Positions 45,810 through 55,587 of a DNA stretch of 64,000 nt are shown piece after piece. Position numbers and translations under genes: made by a program. The DNA comes from Candidatus Sericytochromatia bacterium (GTDB taxonomy: Bacteria > Cyanobacteriota > Sericytochromatia > S15B-MN24 > UBA4093): contig JAKFBU010000077.1 in the NCBI GenBank assembly GCA_036676985.1, positions 1-64,000 on the forward strand. Direction: 5' to 3'. Numbering within the stretch: position 1 is the stretch's first letter; each line of letters opens with the position of its first letter. Under the pieces are notes generated by a model. That model searched no databases and had not been told where the DNA came from. It worked only from the letters and a program-made list of their open reading frames with translations.

Positions 45810-46093
45810 TCCGGCAAGAGGTCGAAGATCTCCAGGTAGCGCCGGATGCGGGCTTCCAGGGTCGGGAGCGGGGCCACCTCGGCGCAGATCCAGTCGGGCT
45901 GGTAGTTGCGACAGACGGCCGGCCGCGTCTCGTAGATGCCGCAGAGCTGATCGGGCCCCAGGTGCGCGCACGGCACGCCCAGGGGCTTTTTGAGCGTGCT
46001 GATGTCCGGCGCCGCGCAGCAAGCGCCGCATGCCACGCACTGGTAGACGCCGGGGGCGGGGGAGACGTTCAGGGGGATGAGCGAATCGGCCAT
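45806..46093 (-). CDS. YkgJ family cysteine-cluster protein
   Basis: CVACGACC...C.HL....CGIYETRPAVC. Confidence 0.88.
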   Translation of the reverse strand: MADSLIPLNVSPAPGVYQCVACGACCAAPDISTLKKPLGVPCAHLGPDQLCGIYETRPAVCRNYQPDWICAEVAPLPTLEARIRRYLEIFDLLPD

Positions 46094-46195
46094 GCCCCCA
46101 TTATCCCGGATTTTCGGCCCGGCGCCACCGATCTAGGAGGACAAGCGACCCTTCTTGCGGTTACATGGCCAGGTGACCCATCCCCGGGAGGTGCC

Positions 46196-47596
46196 ATGTC
46201 CTTTCGAACCCTCGACCCCAGCAGCGGTGAGCTCGTCGCCGAGTTCCCCGCCATGAGCCCGACTGAGCTCGCAGCCGCCCTCGATCGAGCGGCTGCGGCG
46301 GCCCCGCGCTGGGCCGCCATGCCCGTCGCCGAGCGAGCGTCTCACGTGCGCGCCCTGGGCCGCGTGCTGCGCGATCGCCAGGCCGAGCTCGCCGGGCTCG
46401 CCACCCTCGAGATGGGCAAGCTCCTCAAGGAGGCCGCGGCCGAGGTCGAGAAGTGCGCCTGGGTCTGCGACTACTACGCCGAGCAGGGGCCGGAGTTCCT
46501 GAAGGATGAGGCGATCGCCTCCGATGCGCGCCGGAGCCTCGTGGCCTACGAGCCCCTGGGCACCCTCCTCGCCATCATGCCCTGGAACTTCCCGTACTGG
46601 CAGGTGCTGCGCTTCGCGGCCCCGGCCCTGGTCGCGGGCAACACCGTCCTGCTCAAGCACGCGCCCAACGTCCCCCGGTGCGCCCAGGCCATCGAGGCCG
46701 CGGCCCGCGAGGCCGGGCTGCCCGAGGGTGTGTTTCAGAACCTCATGATCGAAGTCGCAGACGTCGAGCGCGTGATCGCGGACCCGCGGGTGCATGCCGT
46801 CTCCCTGACGGGCAGCGTGGCCGCCGGTCGCAAGGTGGCCGCCATGGCGGGCGCGCACCTTAAGAAGACGGTGCTCGAGCTCGGAGGCTCGGATCCCTTC
46901 CTCGTGCTCGACGACGCGGACCTCGCGGGGGCCGTGCGCAACGCCGTGACGTCGCGCTTCCTCAATGCCGGGCAGAGCTGCATCGCGGCCAAGCGCTTCA
47001 TCCTGACGCCGGGCATCGCAGAGGAGTTCCTCGCCCGATTCCGGACGGAGGTCGAGGCCCTGCGACCGGGCGATCCCCGGGAAGCCGGCACCACGCTCGC
47101 ACCCATGGCGCGCGCCGACCTGCGCGACACCCTCCATGCCCAGGTCCGGGCGAGCCTCGAGCAGGGGGCCGTGGCCCTCACGGGCTGCGAGCCCCTGCCG
47201 GGACCCGGCTTCTACTACCGCCCGTCGATCCTGGACGGGGTCCGCCCGGGGATGCCCGCCTACGAGGAGGAGCTCTTCGGCCCCGTGGCCATCGTCCTGC
47301 GCGCCCGGGACGAGGAGGATGCGCTGCGGATCGCCAACGACACCTGCTTCGGCCTGGGCAGCAGCGTCTGGACCCGGGATCTGGAAAAGGGTGAGCGCCT
47401 GGCGCGCCGGATCCAGGCGGGCAGTGCCTTCGTCAACGGTATGGTGAAGAGCGATCCGCGCCTCCCCTTCGGCGGGATCCAGTGCTCGGGCTACGGACGC
47501 GAACTCTCGCGCCTCGGGATCCACGAGTTCGTCAACGCCAAGACCCTGTGGCTCGCGGCCGCTCCTGTATCAGGGGCCGTGGCGCCTGTCGAGTGA
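46196..47596 (+). CDS. NAD-dependent succinate-semialdehyde dehydrogenase-like aldehyde dehydrogenase
   Basis: IMPWNFP, LTGS, LELGGSDP, NAGQSCIAAKRF and EELFGPVA. Confidence 0.92.
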   Translation: MSFRTLDPSSGELVAEFPAMSPTELAAALDRAAAAAPRWAAMPVAERASHVRALGRVLRDRQAELAGLATLEMGKLLKEAAAEVEKCAWVCDYYAEQGPEFLKDEAIASDARRSLVAYEPLGTLLAIMPWNFPYWQVLRFAAPALVAGNTVLLKHAPNVPRCAQAIEAAAREAGLPEGVFQNLMIEVADVERVIADPRVHAVSLTGSVAAGRKVAAMAGAHLKKTVLELGGSDPFLVLDDADLAGAVRNAVTSRFLNAGQSCIAAKRFILTPGIAEEFLARFRTEVEALRPGDPREAGTTLAPMARADLRDTLHAQVRASLEQGAVALTGCEPLPGPGFYYRPSILDGVRPGMPAYEEELFGPVAIVLRARDEEDALRIANDTCFGLGSSVWTRDLEKGERLARRIQAGSAFVNGMVKSDPRLPFGGIQCSGYGRELSRLGIHEFVNAKTLWLAAAPVSGAVAPVE

Positions 47597-48606
47597 GGCG
47601 GAGCCGGCGGTGGGTGGTGGCGGCTGCGGGAGTCGTCGCCCTCGCGATGGGAGGTGTCCTGATGCAACGGTCCTTTCGGCATGATCCCGGGGCCGCGCCG
47701 CCCCCCAGCGAACGGGAGCGCCACTGGCAGCAGGAGCTGAGGCAAGACGTCGAGACGCTCGCTACCAGCATCGGCGAGCGGAACGTCCGCCATCCCGAGC
47801 GCCTGGAGGCCACGGCGCGGTGGCTGGAGCAGCGGTTCGCCGCGGTGGGTCTCGAGCCCGTTCGTCAGGCCGTTCCGTGGGACGATCGGACCTACTACAA
47901 CGTCTTGGCCGAGCGGAAGGGGTACGGGCGCCCGGAGGCCGTCGTCGTGGTGGGGGCGCATTACGACTCCGTGGAGGGGACGCCGGGCGCGGACGACAAC
48001 GCGTCGGGCGTGGCGGCGCTCCTCGCCCTGGCCGGGGCGCTCGCTACCGAGCGCCCTGTGGCGACCGTGCGCTTTATCGCGTTCGTGAACGAGGAGTCGC
48101 CTGCCTTCCAGTCGGAGGCGATGGGTAGCTGGATCGCCGCCAAGGCGAGTCGCCGAGCGGGTGAGCAGGTCCTCGGCATGTTGAGCCTGGAGACCCTCGG
48201 CTACTACTCGGACGATCCGGACAGTCAGCGATTTCCCGACCCAGAGCTGGCGCGTCGCTATCCGACGACCGGCAACTTCCTCGCCTGCGTGGCGAACGAC
48301 GCCTCGCGCGACCTGCTCACCCGGACGCTCGCGGCCTTTCGCGCCGCATCCGCGCTACCGGTCGAAGGGGCCGTGCTCCCGGCCGAGTTGCCTGGCGTGA
48401 GCTGGTCGGATCACTGGTCTTTCTGGGCGGAGGGCTATCCGGCCCTCATGGTGACGGACACGGCGCCCTTCCGGAACCCTCACTACCACTTGGCCTCGGA
48501 CAGGCCCGAGACCCTGGATTACGTTCGAATGGCACGGGCGGTGACGGGGCTCGAGGCCGTTATCAGGGCGCTATCGGGCGTGTCCGAGGGGGAATCCGGG
48601 CGTTGA
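47593..48606 (+). CDS. M28 family metallopeptidase
   Basis: VGAHYDS, GADDNASG, NEE, SDH and YH...D; GTGA overlap start. Confidence 0.9.
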   Translation: MRRSRRWVVAAAGVVALAMGGVLMQRSFRHDPGAAPPPSERERHWQQELRQDVETLATSIGERNVRHPERLEATARWLEQRFAAVGLEPVRQAVPWDDRTYYNVLAERKGYGRPEAVVVVGAHYDSVEGTPGADDNASGVAALLALAGALATERPVATVRFIAFVNEESPAFQSEAMGSWIAAKASRRAGEQVLGMLSLETLGYYSDDPDSQRFPDPELARRYPTTGNFLACVANDASRDLLTRTLAAFRAASALPVEGAVLPAELPGVSWSDHWSFWAEGYPALMVTDTAPFRNPHYHLASDRPETLDYVRMARAVTGLEAVIRALSGVSEGESGR

Positions 48607-48630
48607 CGCCGAACTCGATGGGAGTAGGCT
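48603..48630 (+). promoter_or_regulatory. Sigma70-like promoter
   Basis: TTGACG-N16-TAGGCT upstream of the 53-aa ORF. Confidence 0.5.
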
Positions 48631-48663
48631 GAGGTCGGCGCTTTAGAAACCAGGAGGCTCCCC

Positions 48664-48825
48664 ATGAGCGATACCCATCCGAAACCCGAGCCCGGGCGAA
48701 ACGTCCCATACGAACCCTCGCGCGAGGAGCTGGGCCCCCAGTTCTTTGCGACCCTCACGGTGGGCCAGGGCGTCGACGACCGGACCGCCAAGGACGCGGG
48801 AGAGAACCCCGAGGCGCGGATCTAG
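48664..48825 (+). CDS. 53-aa small protein
   Basis: AGGAGG RBS; MSDTHPKPEPGRNVPYEPSREELGPQFFATLTVGQGVDDRTAKDAGENPEARI; below the ORF-track cut-off. Confidence 0.65.
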   Translation: MSDTHPKPEPGRNVPYEPSREELGPQFFATLTVGQGVDDRTAKDAGENPEARI

Positions 48826-48909
48826 ACCTCAGGCCCTTGGCTCAAGCAACCAATGTCTCGAATTGAAAGGCGCCCCCGGATTCCCGGTGGCGCCTTCGAC
48901 TTGGTCCGA

Positions 48910-49425
48910 CTAGCGGCTCAGGATGCCCGTGGCGGTGGCCACCCACGCGGGATGTCGGGTTTCGAGCTGCTGCCACAAGGCGAGCACGTCCTCGGAAACG
49001 GCGCGCCGATCGGCGGCGGGCAGGTTCAGGACCCCTTCCGCCTTCTCTTGCTGGCTTCCCTGCTTGTGCAGGGCCTGGCGCAGGGTGGGGTGCTCGGTGA
49101 GCAGCTCGCGGTACCAGCCGTTGACGTCCTCGGCGATCGCCCGCCGCTCCTTGGCCGGCAGCGCCTGATACGCCTTGCCCAAGGAGTTGAGCTTGGTGGC
49201 CGTGACGGGGACCCAGGCCTCGGTCTTGGCCGCGACCTCGGGATACCGCTCGTGAAGCTTGGCCGCGAGCGCCGTCTGGTCCTCGGGGGCGAGCTGGTGG
49301 TGCCGCATGGCCGCCGTGACGGCTTGATCCTTGGCGAAGGCCAGCGTGGCCGGCCCATAGGTGGCAAGGCCCCAGGCGCCGCCGGCGGCAAGCGCGATCG
49401 CCAGGATCGCGGTACGTAAACGCAT
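48910..49425 (-). CDS. Exported helical hypothetical protein
   Basis: Signal peptide; internal repeat of LPAKERRAIAEDV / LPAADRRAVSEDV. Confidence 0.75.
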   Translation of the reverse strand: MRLRTAILAIALAAGGAWGLATYGPATLAFAKDQAVTAAMRHHQLAPEDQTALAAKLHERYPEVAAKTEAWVPVTATKLNSLGKAYQALPAKERRAIAEDVNGWYRELLTEHPTLRQALHKQGSQQEKAEGVLNLPAADRRAVSEDVLALWQQLETRHPAWVATATGILSR

Positions 49426-49458
49426 GATTGCGCTCCTCTCTAGGCGAAAGGGCAGAGT

Positions 49459-50361
49459 CTACCGTGGTTCCGGGCTGGTCACAACAAGGGAGTGACCGTC
49501 CGCCACGGCGGCTGCGGCCGGCTGCACCTGCGTGCGCCACACGAGGTAGAACGCGCACAGGATGATGAGCCCCGCACCCGCCGCCCCCATCCAGGTGAGG
49601 CCTTCGCCGAGCATGAGCCACGCGGCCACTGCCGCCACCGGCGACTCGAGCAGGAAGACGACGCCCGCCACGTGCGGCGGATAGGAGCGCTGCACCCAGG
49701 GCTGGAGCACGAAGGCCAACAGCGTGCTGATGAGCGTCAGGTAGAGGAGACCGGCAATCGGCAGGAAGCCGAGGCTGCTGATGCTCGGCGGGCCCTCCAT
49801 GAGCCAGGCGAACGGCAGGCCGATCACCCCGACGGCCATCACCTGGGCCAGGCCGAAGGAGAGCAGGTCGGGCACGGTGCGGGTGCAGCGGTCGAGCCAG
49901 AGGATGTGGAGGGCGCTTGCGATCGCGCAGCCGAGCGTGAGCAGGTCGCCCACGTTGAGACCTGCCAGGTCGAGGTTGCACATGAGCCCCACGCCGACCA
50001 GGGCCAGCGTGAGGACGAGCCACTCGGCGGCCCGCACCCGGTGCCGCAGGAACAGGGCGCCGATGGTCGGGATGAACATGGCGTAGGTCGCCGTGATGAA
50101 GGCGCTCTTGGCCACGGTCGTATACCCGAGACCCATGGTCTGCAGCGCGAGACACGTGAAGAGCAGCGCCCCCCCGATGAAGGCTTCCTTCCACGCGCCA
50201 AAGCGGCGCCACGGGAAGAACGGAGCCGCCAGGAGGCCCGCGAGCAGGAAGCGCAGCTCGGTGAGCCAGACGGGTTCCAGCCCCAAGAGCGCCCAACGCA
50301 TGGCGATGAAGGCAATGCCCCATACGGTGGGGATCATGAACAGGGTCAATAACCGGAGCAC
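49459..50361 (-). CDS. DMT/EamA family transporter
   Basis: 10 TM segments; VWG, LRFLLA, QTMGLGYTTVAKSAFIT and LESPVA. Confidence 0.92.
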   Translation of the reverse strand: MLRLLTLFMIPTVWGIAFIAMRWALLGLEPVWLTELRFLLAGLLAAPFFPWRRFGAWKEAFIGGALLFTCLALQTMGLGYTTVAKSAFITATYAMFIPTIGALFLRHRVRAAEWLVLTLALVGVGLMCNLDLAGLNVGDLLTLGCAIASALHILWLDRCTRTVPDLLSFGLAQVMAVGVIGLPFAWLMEGPPSISSLGFLPIAGLLYLTLISTLLAFVLQPWVQRSYPPHVAGVVFLLESPVAAVAAWLMLGEGLTWMGAAGAGLIILCAFYLVWRTQVQPAAAAVADGHSLVVTSPEPR

Positions 50362-50516
50362 GGGTGCCTCCTAGCCATGGGCCTGTGCGCCAGCTTGCAA
50401 CGGCCTTGTTTACTAGCTTAGCAGCTGCTCGAGAGGATTGCATCCCCGGCGGCAACCGGAAAGGTTCGACCCTCGGCGAGCGATAAGAAGACTACCCCCG
50501 GTACCTCGGAGCCACC

Positions 50517-51353
50517 ATGCCCAGAACGCTCGTCGCCGCCCTCCTGCTCGTCCTGCTCGCCGGCTGCAGCCATCCGCTGCCGAACGGCCTGGCGGGCGAT
50601 CGCGCCACGGGGGCCACCGCGCACGATCGGGCCCTCGCTCCGAGCTACCGGTTCATCCTCGGCAAGCGTCGCCCCGAGCTCGCCCAGACCGCCTTTCTGG
50701 CGGCCATGGCGGCGCGCTGGCTGCCGGCCGTTACCGCCATGCAGGCCCCCGATGGCCTCACCGGCTACGTGTCGGCCGTGCCGCCCGCCGCCGAGACCGG
50801 CCTGCCGGACGAGGTGGCGCTTGCGGTCTACGCGTCCGAGGCCGCTTATCTGCGCACCTGGGACACGGCAGCCGGACGGGACGCCACCACGCTCGCAGCG
50901 ACCCTCTTCGACCCCACGAATACCCGTACGACGCGGGTCGTGCCGCTTCCGGGAGGCTTGGTCGCGGGGGACGCCTGCGATGCCCTCGGGGCCCCGGTCG
51001 ACTGGCAGCAGGGCTTCACGACCTTCTTCATCGGCCGGCGGCACGACGACCTCTCCTCGGCCGACTTCCTGCGGAGCCTGCATGCCCAGGTGGACCGCGA
51101 GCGCGCCGCCTTCGGCCCCCATGGCCTGCGCGGCTACGTCTTCATGGCGACCCGGGATCACAAGCTCTCGTTCATGAACTGGCCCGACATGGCCACCTTC
51201 GGCCGGGCCATGGCCTCACCCGAGGGACAGGAGGTGGCCGCCGACTCCAGGCGCCTCATGCGCACGGTGCAGTTCGCGGGTGCCACGGGCTTCCGCGGGA
51301 CGGTCGAGGCCGGCAAGGCGGTCCGGCTGGAAGGAGCGGGGCTGGACCCGTAG
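50517..51353 (+). CDS. Hypothetical lipoprotein (EthD-like dimeric barrel possible)
   Basis: Lipobox LLAGC; two GxRR..L....F repeats; AMASPEG tail. Confidence 0.7.
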   Translation: MPRTLVAALLLVLLAGCSHPLPNGLAGDRATGATAHDRALAPSYRFILGKRRPELAQTAFLAAMAARWLPAVTAMQAPDGLTGYVSAVPPAAETGLPDEVALAVYASEAAYLRTWDTAAGRDATTLAATLFDPTNTRTTRVVPLPGGLVAGDACDALGAPVDWQQGFTTFFIGRRHDDLSSADFLRSLHAQVDRERAAFGPHGLRGYVFMATRDHKLSFMNWPDMATFGRAMASPEGQEVAADSRRLMRTVQFAGATGFRGTVEAGKAVRLEGAGLDP

Positions 51354-51357
51354 CCCC

Positions 51358-51999
51358 CTACGCCTCGCCGTGGGTGAGCATGTAGGTCAGCTGCTGGAGC
51401 TCGCTCGTGATGTCGACGCTGCGGACGATGACGCCCTCCGGGGCCGTGAGGGCCACCGGCGAGAAGTTGAGCACCGCCTTGACCCCGGCCGCCACGACCC
51501 GGTCGAGGGCCGACTGGGCCTGATCGGCCGGCACCGTGAGGATGGCGATGTCGAGGGGCGTTTCGGCGGCGACGGCTTCGAGCTCGTCCAGGGACCGGAC
51601 CTTGAGCCCGCCGATGGGCTTGCCGACGACGTCGGGTGAGACGTCGAAGACTCCGCGCAGCACCATGGAACTGCCCGGAAAGCCCGGATAGCGGGCGAGC
51701 GCCGTGCCGAGCGAGCCCGCGCCCATCACCGCGAGCGACCACTCTCGATCGAGCCCCAGGACCTCGGAGGTGACCCTCAGGAGGGTATCCACCTCGTACC
51801 CGAGTCCCGGACGGCCCAGGAGGGCCAGGTAGGAGAAGTCGCGCCGGAGCTGGGCGTCGCTCACGCTGAGCCGTGAGGCCAGCTCTCTGGAGGAGACGAC
51901 CCGCTCACCGGCGTCGTGCATGGCTTGCAGCTCATGCCGGTAGCCGGGCAGCCTGGCCAGCGTCTCCTGCGGTAACCGGCGGCGGATATTTCCCCACAT
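51358..51999 (-). CDS. rex: Redox-sensing transcriptional repressor Rex
   Basis: RLP.Y, VSSRELA, QLRRDFSY...GRPGLGY, GAGSLGTAL, AILTVP and LNFSP. Confidence 0.92.
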   Translation of the reverse strand: MWGNIRRRLPQETLARLPGYRHELQAMHDAGERVVSSRELASRLSVSDAQLRRDFSYLALLGRPGLGYEVDTLLRVTSEVLGLDREWSLAVMGAGSLGTALARYPGFPGSSMVLRGVFDVSPDVVGKPIGGLKVRSLDELEAVAAETPLDIAILTVPADQAQSALDRVVAAGVKAVLNFSPVALTAPEGVIVRSVDITSELQQLTYMLTHGEA

Positions 52000-52165
52000 G
52001 CGCCCTCACATCGTCGTGCGTGCGTCTACAAACTGGAAAGTGTAGCAGACTTGCGGCCCAGTTCAAAGGGAGGGCTGCGGGGAACCCCTGAAGTCCACCT
52101 GACTCCGGACATTTCGGCTATATCGGGGCGATCTTTTGGCGGTCTGCGGCAAACTACCTAAGTAT

Positions 52166-52269
52166 CCGTGCTCAATACGTAAACTTGAATAATATTGGCT
52201 AATAATCGCTGTTTTAATTCATTCGTACGGAGAAATACGGAATACGTCCCCTGTAATGCCAATTATTCT
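52166..52269 (+). promoter_or_regulatory. Clustered CGT/TACG sites plus -10 box
   Basis: CCGTGCTCAATACGT (52166-52180) and TACGGAGAAATACGG (52226-52240)-N23-TATTCT in an AT-rich intergenic region. Confidence 0.5.
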
Positions 52270-52412
52270 CTTTTTCGTCGGGTGTCAGGTCTCCAGCCAG
52301 GTTGTTGGCTGGATGCTTAGCGGGCAAGTGCCTGCATTCACCCATCCGCTGCGTCACCAGCGGGAAGGACCTCGAACCTCTTGAGAACCCCCATTGCGGT
52401 AGGAGAACGTCC

Positions 52413-53357
52413 ATGAAGAAACTCTTAACGGTGGCTGCTGGTCTCGCCGTGGCCACGGCCGTCGGCTGCACCGCGCAGCAAGTCGCCACGACCCCCGATA
52501 GCACTTCCAGCATCCTGTCCTGGTCCCTGACCAACCCTCCGACGGGTGCTGCGGTCCAGGGTGCCACGCTTTACGTCATGCTGGCGCCGGAGCTCGATCG
52601 CGAGGGCGCCGACATCATCTCGAAGAAGAACGGTTTCACCAAGGTCGAACTGCTCAAGCCAGACGGCACCGTCTTCAAGACGGCGACCCTCAAGAGCACC
52701 CAGTCCGCCGAGGTCAGCCTCACAGGCCTGACGACCATGGCCGACTACTTCCTGCGCTTCAACGGCAAGAACGAGGCCCTGGTGCCGACCCGCATCATGG
52801 ACCCGGCTCAGCCGATCTTCCAGTACGTGGGCGCTCGGCTGCAGCGCTCGGTCATCGGTGACCTCAGCGATCCGACCTTCGTCATCAAGGTCTACAGCCA
52901 GGCGACCATGGGGGCACACTACGGCAAGGATGCCAAGGGCGTCGTCAAGTTCACGGACGGCAAGCCCACGAGTCAGTACTCCTACTTCGTCTCGTGGCCC
53001 AAGAGCATGCCCCGCGGCAGCGACTGGGCGGAGCTCGGCACGGGCAAGCGCCTCGGTTTCAAGACCGCCAGCACCAAGCACGAGCATGACTACCATGGCT
53101 GGATCCTGGGTGACAACAACCACGGCAAGATCCAGCAGGGCCAGAAGGAGTACTGCAACACCTGCCACGGCCCCAACCTGACCAATGCGGTCTCGACCGA
53201 ATACAACGCCACGCCGAGCTTCGATACGGACGGCAGCGTCAAGTGGGACAAGGGCGTCACCTCGTGGTGGGGCACCAGCACGTCCAAGGGCTTCTGCTTC
53301 AAGTGCCACTACGGTCCGGAAGGCGATCGTACCGGCCTGGTCGACCCCACCAAGTAA
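52413..53357 (+). CDS. Lipoprotein with a C-terminal di-haem cytochrome c domain
   Basis: AGGAG RBS; lipobox AVGC; CNTCH and CFKCH, preceded by a His-rich HEHDYHGW...NHG segment. Confidence 0.85.
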   Translation: MKKLLTVAAGLAVATAVGCTAQQVATTPDSTSSILSWSLTNPPTGAAVQGATLYVMLAPELDREGADIISKKNGFTKVELLKPDGTVFKTATLKSTQSAEVSLTGLTTMADYFLRFNGKNEALVPTRIMDPAQPIFQYVGARLQRSVIGDLSDPTFVIKVYSQATMGAHYGKDAKGVVKFTDGKPTSQYSYFVSWPKSMPRGSDWAELGTGKRLGFKTASTKHEHDYHGWILGDNNHGKIQQGQKEYCNTCHGPNLTNAVSTEYNATPSFDTDGSVKWDKGVTSWWGTSTSKGFCFKCHYGPEGDRTGLVDPTK

Positions 53358-53391
53358 GCGCGCCTGGCTTGAGATTAGAGGATAGAGACAC

Positions 53392-54279
53392 ATGAAAATG
53401 CGCATGTACGCCATGGCCGCCACGCTGACGGGGCTGACCATGATCATCGGTTGCACCGGCAACCCCTCGGGGACGAACAATGCCACCCCGACGCCCGGCC
53501 CGACGGCGTCGCCGACCGCGGCCCCCCAGAACGTCGTGACGAGCTGGGATCCCCTGCCCTTCACCGGCTTCCCCGCCGATGCGACCCTGACCGGCCGGCT
53601 GGTCGAGCACGGCAAGGCCCCCCGCGATACCTGGACCGTCCAGTATCGCGTCTCGCGCACTTCCAGCGGCACCAACGTCAACGAGGTCGCCCAGTCGGGC
53701 GGCAACGGCTACTTCTGGTTCAAGACGAGCCAGACAGGCAAGTCCAACTATGTCTACGTCTTCAAGGGCTATCCCTATGCCGAACACGAGGTCCACAACC
53801 TTTTGGCCTCGATGAATAGCAAGGAGGTCACGCTACCCGCGACCCTTGATGCCAACAACCCGCTGGCGACCATCGACATGACCTGGGATGGCGCACTCTT
53901 GAAGCCCAAGATCGGCACGGCTATCAACTACGAGGGTGTCAAGTTCGAGTGGCCGGTGCCGGCTGCCTGCCCGAACGCCACCTACAGCATCGATATCGCC
54001 CTGCAACACGATACGCGGAGCTATCTGTATCGCTCCATTTGGGACCCCGCGAACAAGGGCGGCCTGTCGACCAACAGCTTCACGTGGGACGGCAAGATCA
54101 ATGCGCCCAATCCCTTCAAGGACCGCGAGACCGGGGCCATCCTCGGCGACTGGAATGGCAAGGTGGCCAGTCAGGATATCGCGGTGATCATCAACTTCGG
54201 GACCGACAAGCACCTGGCCAGCAACGTGGCGACCGAATCGTGGGGCACTTCGCGTGCGTTGTACTTCAACAAACTGTAG
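53392..54279 (+). CDS. Hypothetical lipoprotein (beta-rich)
   Basis: Lipobox IIGC; Pro/Thr linker; same strand and 34 nt after the di-haem gene. Confidence 0.8.
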   Translation: MKMRMYAMAATLTGLTMIIGCTGNPSGTNNATPTPGPTASPTAAPQNVVTSWDPLPFTGFPADATLTGRLVEHGKAPRDTWTVQYRVSRTSSGTNVNEVAQSGGNGYFWFKTSQTGKSNYVYVFKGYPYAEHEVHNLLASMNSKEVTLPATLDANNPLATIDMTWDGALLKPKIGTAINYEGVKFEWPVPAACPNATYSIDIALQHDTRSYLYRSIWDPANKGGLSTNSFTWDGKINAPNPFKDRETGAILGDWNGKVASQDIAVIINFGTDKHLASNVATESWGTSRALYFNKL

Positions 54280-54323
54280 GCGATAAAACCTAGCGCCTCA
54301 CTGCCGGCAGGAGCAGGCATCAT

Positions 54324-54360
54324 AGCGAGCGGTGGACGGTTGACGTCCACCGCTCGCTTT
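54324..54360 (+). terminator. Rho-independent terminator
   Basis: 15-bp stem AGCGAGCGGTGGACG / CGTCCACCGCTCGCT followed by a T tract. Confidence 0.8.
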
Positions 54361-54510
54361 CTCGGTCACAAACGCAGCCGGCACGCGAGCCCGCAGGGGG
54401 AGCCATGATCGCCACTTCCGGACCAGGGGAATCCCGATGTCTAGGAGCAAAATCAGGGCCTTCCTTACCGACGATCTGCAACGTTCTATCGCATGAGTCC
54501 GCTGGCCCCC

Positions 54511-54636
54511 AGAGGGTGTTTGGAAAGGGCTGTGAAGCAGTGGGACGGGCCTCCGTGCCTGTCTCTGGACGGCCCACGGGGGAAGTCAGGCAGGGACGCC
54601 TGACCTACACGCCAAAGAGCTTTCCTAACGCCCTCT
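54511..54636. mobile_element. MITE/REP hybrid element, copy 1
   Basis: TIRs AGAGGGTGTTTGGAAAG / CTTTCCTAACGCCCTCT enclosing a REP-like pair; homologous to 57305-57437. Confidence 0.75.
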
Positions 54637-54660
54637 CAGGACCCGGAGGCTCACGTCAAA

Positions 54661-54687
54661 AGAGGCCGTGGCATTGCCACGGCCTCT
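54661..54687 (-). terminator. Terminator of the pentahaem cytochrome gene
   Basis: AGAGGCCGTGGC-att-GCCACGGCCTCT preceded by an A run (T tract on the minus strand). Confidence 0.7.
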
Positions 54688-54721
54688 GGTCCATTGCCGG
54701 CTATTTCATCCGGCGTTCGTT

Positions 54722-55507
54722 TTAGAAGGTCGTCTCGTCGTCCGGCGTGCCGGCGTTGTACCAGTCCTTGACGTTCTGGATCTGCTGCGGGGTGAGGAAC
54801 GAGGTGGACTTGTTCAACATGCCGAGCATCACCGTCTTCTTGCCTTTGACCGAGTAGTAGTTCGTGGAGTCGATGGTGCCGATCCCTTCGGCCACATGGC
54901 AGGTGTTGCACGAAGCATGACCGAGCACGGGCTGGACGTCGGTCGACCAGGTTCGCGTCTTGGGCGCGTTGGGGTCCGTGGAGGCGACCGGCTGCGGAGC
55001 GTTGGGATCGGGCCCCTCGTGGCACTTGAAGCACGTCGTCGAGCCCACCGGGCTCGGCGGGATGCTGCCGTCGGCGGCCTTCTCGGTCGTGTGGCAGATG
55101 TTGCACGACTTGCCGTTGACCAGCGCCACCTTGTAGCCGCCCGCCTTGGTCGTGAAGGCTCCGTGCTCGGCCTTCCAGCCGGTCAGGTGCGGATTGCCGC
55201 TGGGGCCGCCGGCATGACAGGTGTAGCAGGTGTTGGTCGCGCCCTTGCTGGCCGCGATCGTCTTGTCCGCGCCCTGGGTCGAGGTGTGGCAGACGTTGCA
55301 GGACATGCCATTGTCGACCGTGGCCTTCTCGGGGCCGCCCATGGCCTGGACCTTCTTGCCGTGATCGTCTACCCAGTTGGCCGGGTGCTGGTTGGCCACC
55401 GGGAAGAGCGCGGGGAAGACCGAGCAGCCCGCCGCGATCGCGAGCGGCAGCCCCAACAAGGCGGCCTGGGAAATCTTCCGGATAATGCTGGTGTTGCGCG
55501 TTTTCAT
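54722..55507 (-). CDS. Pentahaem c-type cytochrome lipoprotein
   Basis: Lipobox IAAGC; CNVCH, CYTCH, CNICH, CFKCH and CNTCH. Confidence 0.9.
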   Translation of the reverse strand: MKTRNTSIIRKISQAALLGLPLAIAAGCSVFPALFPVANQHPANWVDDHGKKVQAMGGPEKATVDNGMSCNVCHTSTQGADKTIAASKGATNTCYTCHAGGPSGNPHLTGWKAEHGAFTTKAGGYKVALVNGKSCNICHTTEKAADGSIPPSPVGSTTCFKCHEGPDPNAPQPVASTDPNAPKTRTWSTDVQPVLGHASCNTCHVAEGIGTIDSTNYYSVKGKKTVMLGMLNKSTSFLTPQQIQNVKDWYNAGTPDDETTF

Positions 55508-55587
55508 CGCCTTGCCACCTCATGTGCGGGCGGCCGTCCCCACCAAGGGCGGGCCGCCGTCTCGGGAGCGTACTGAGAAGTGTCTCC

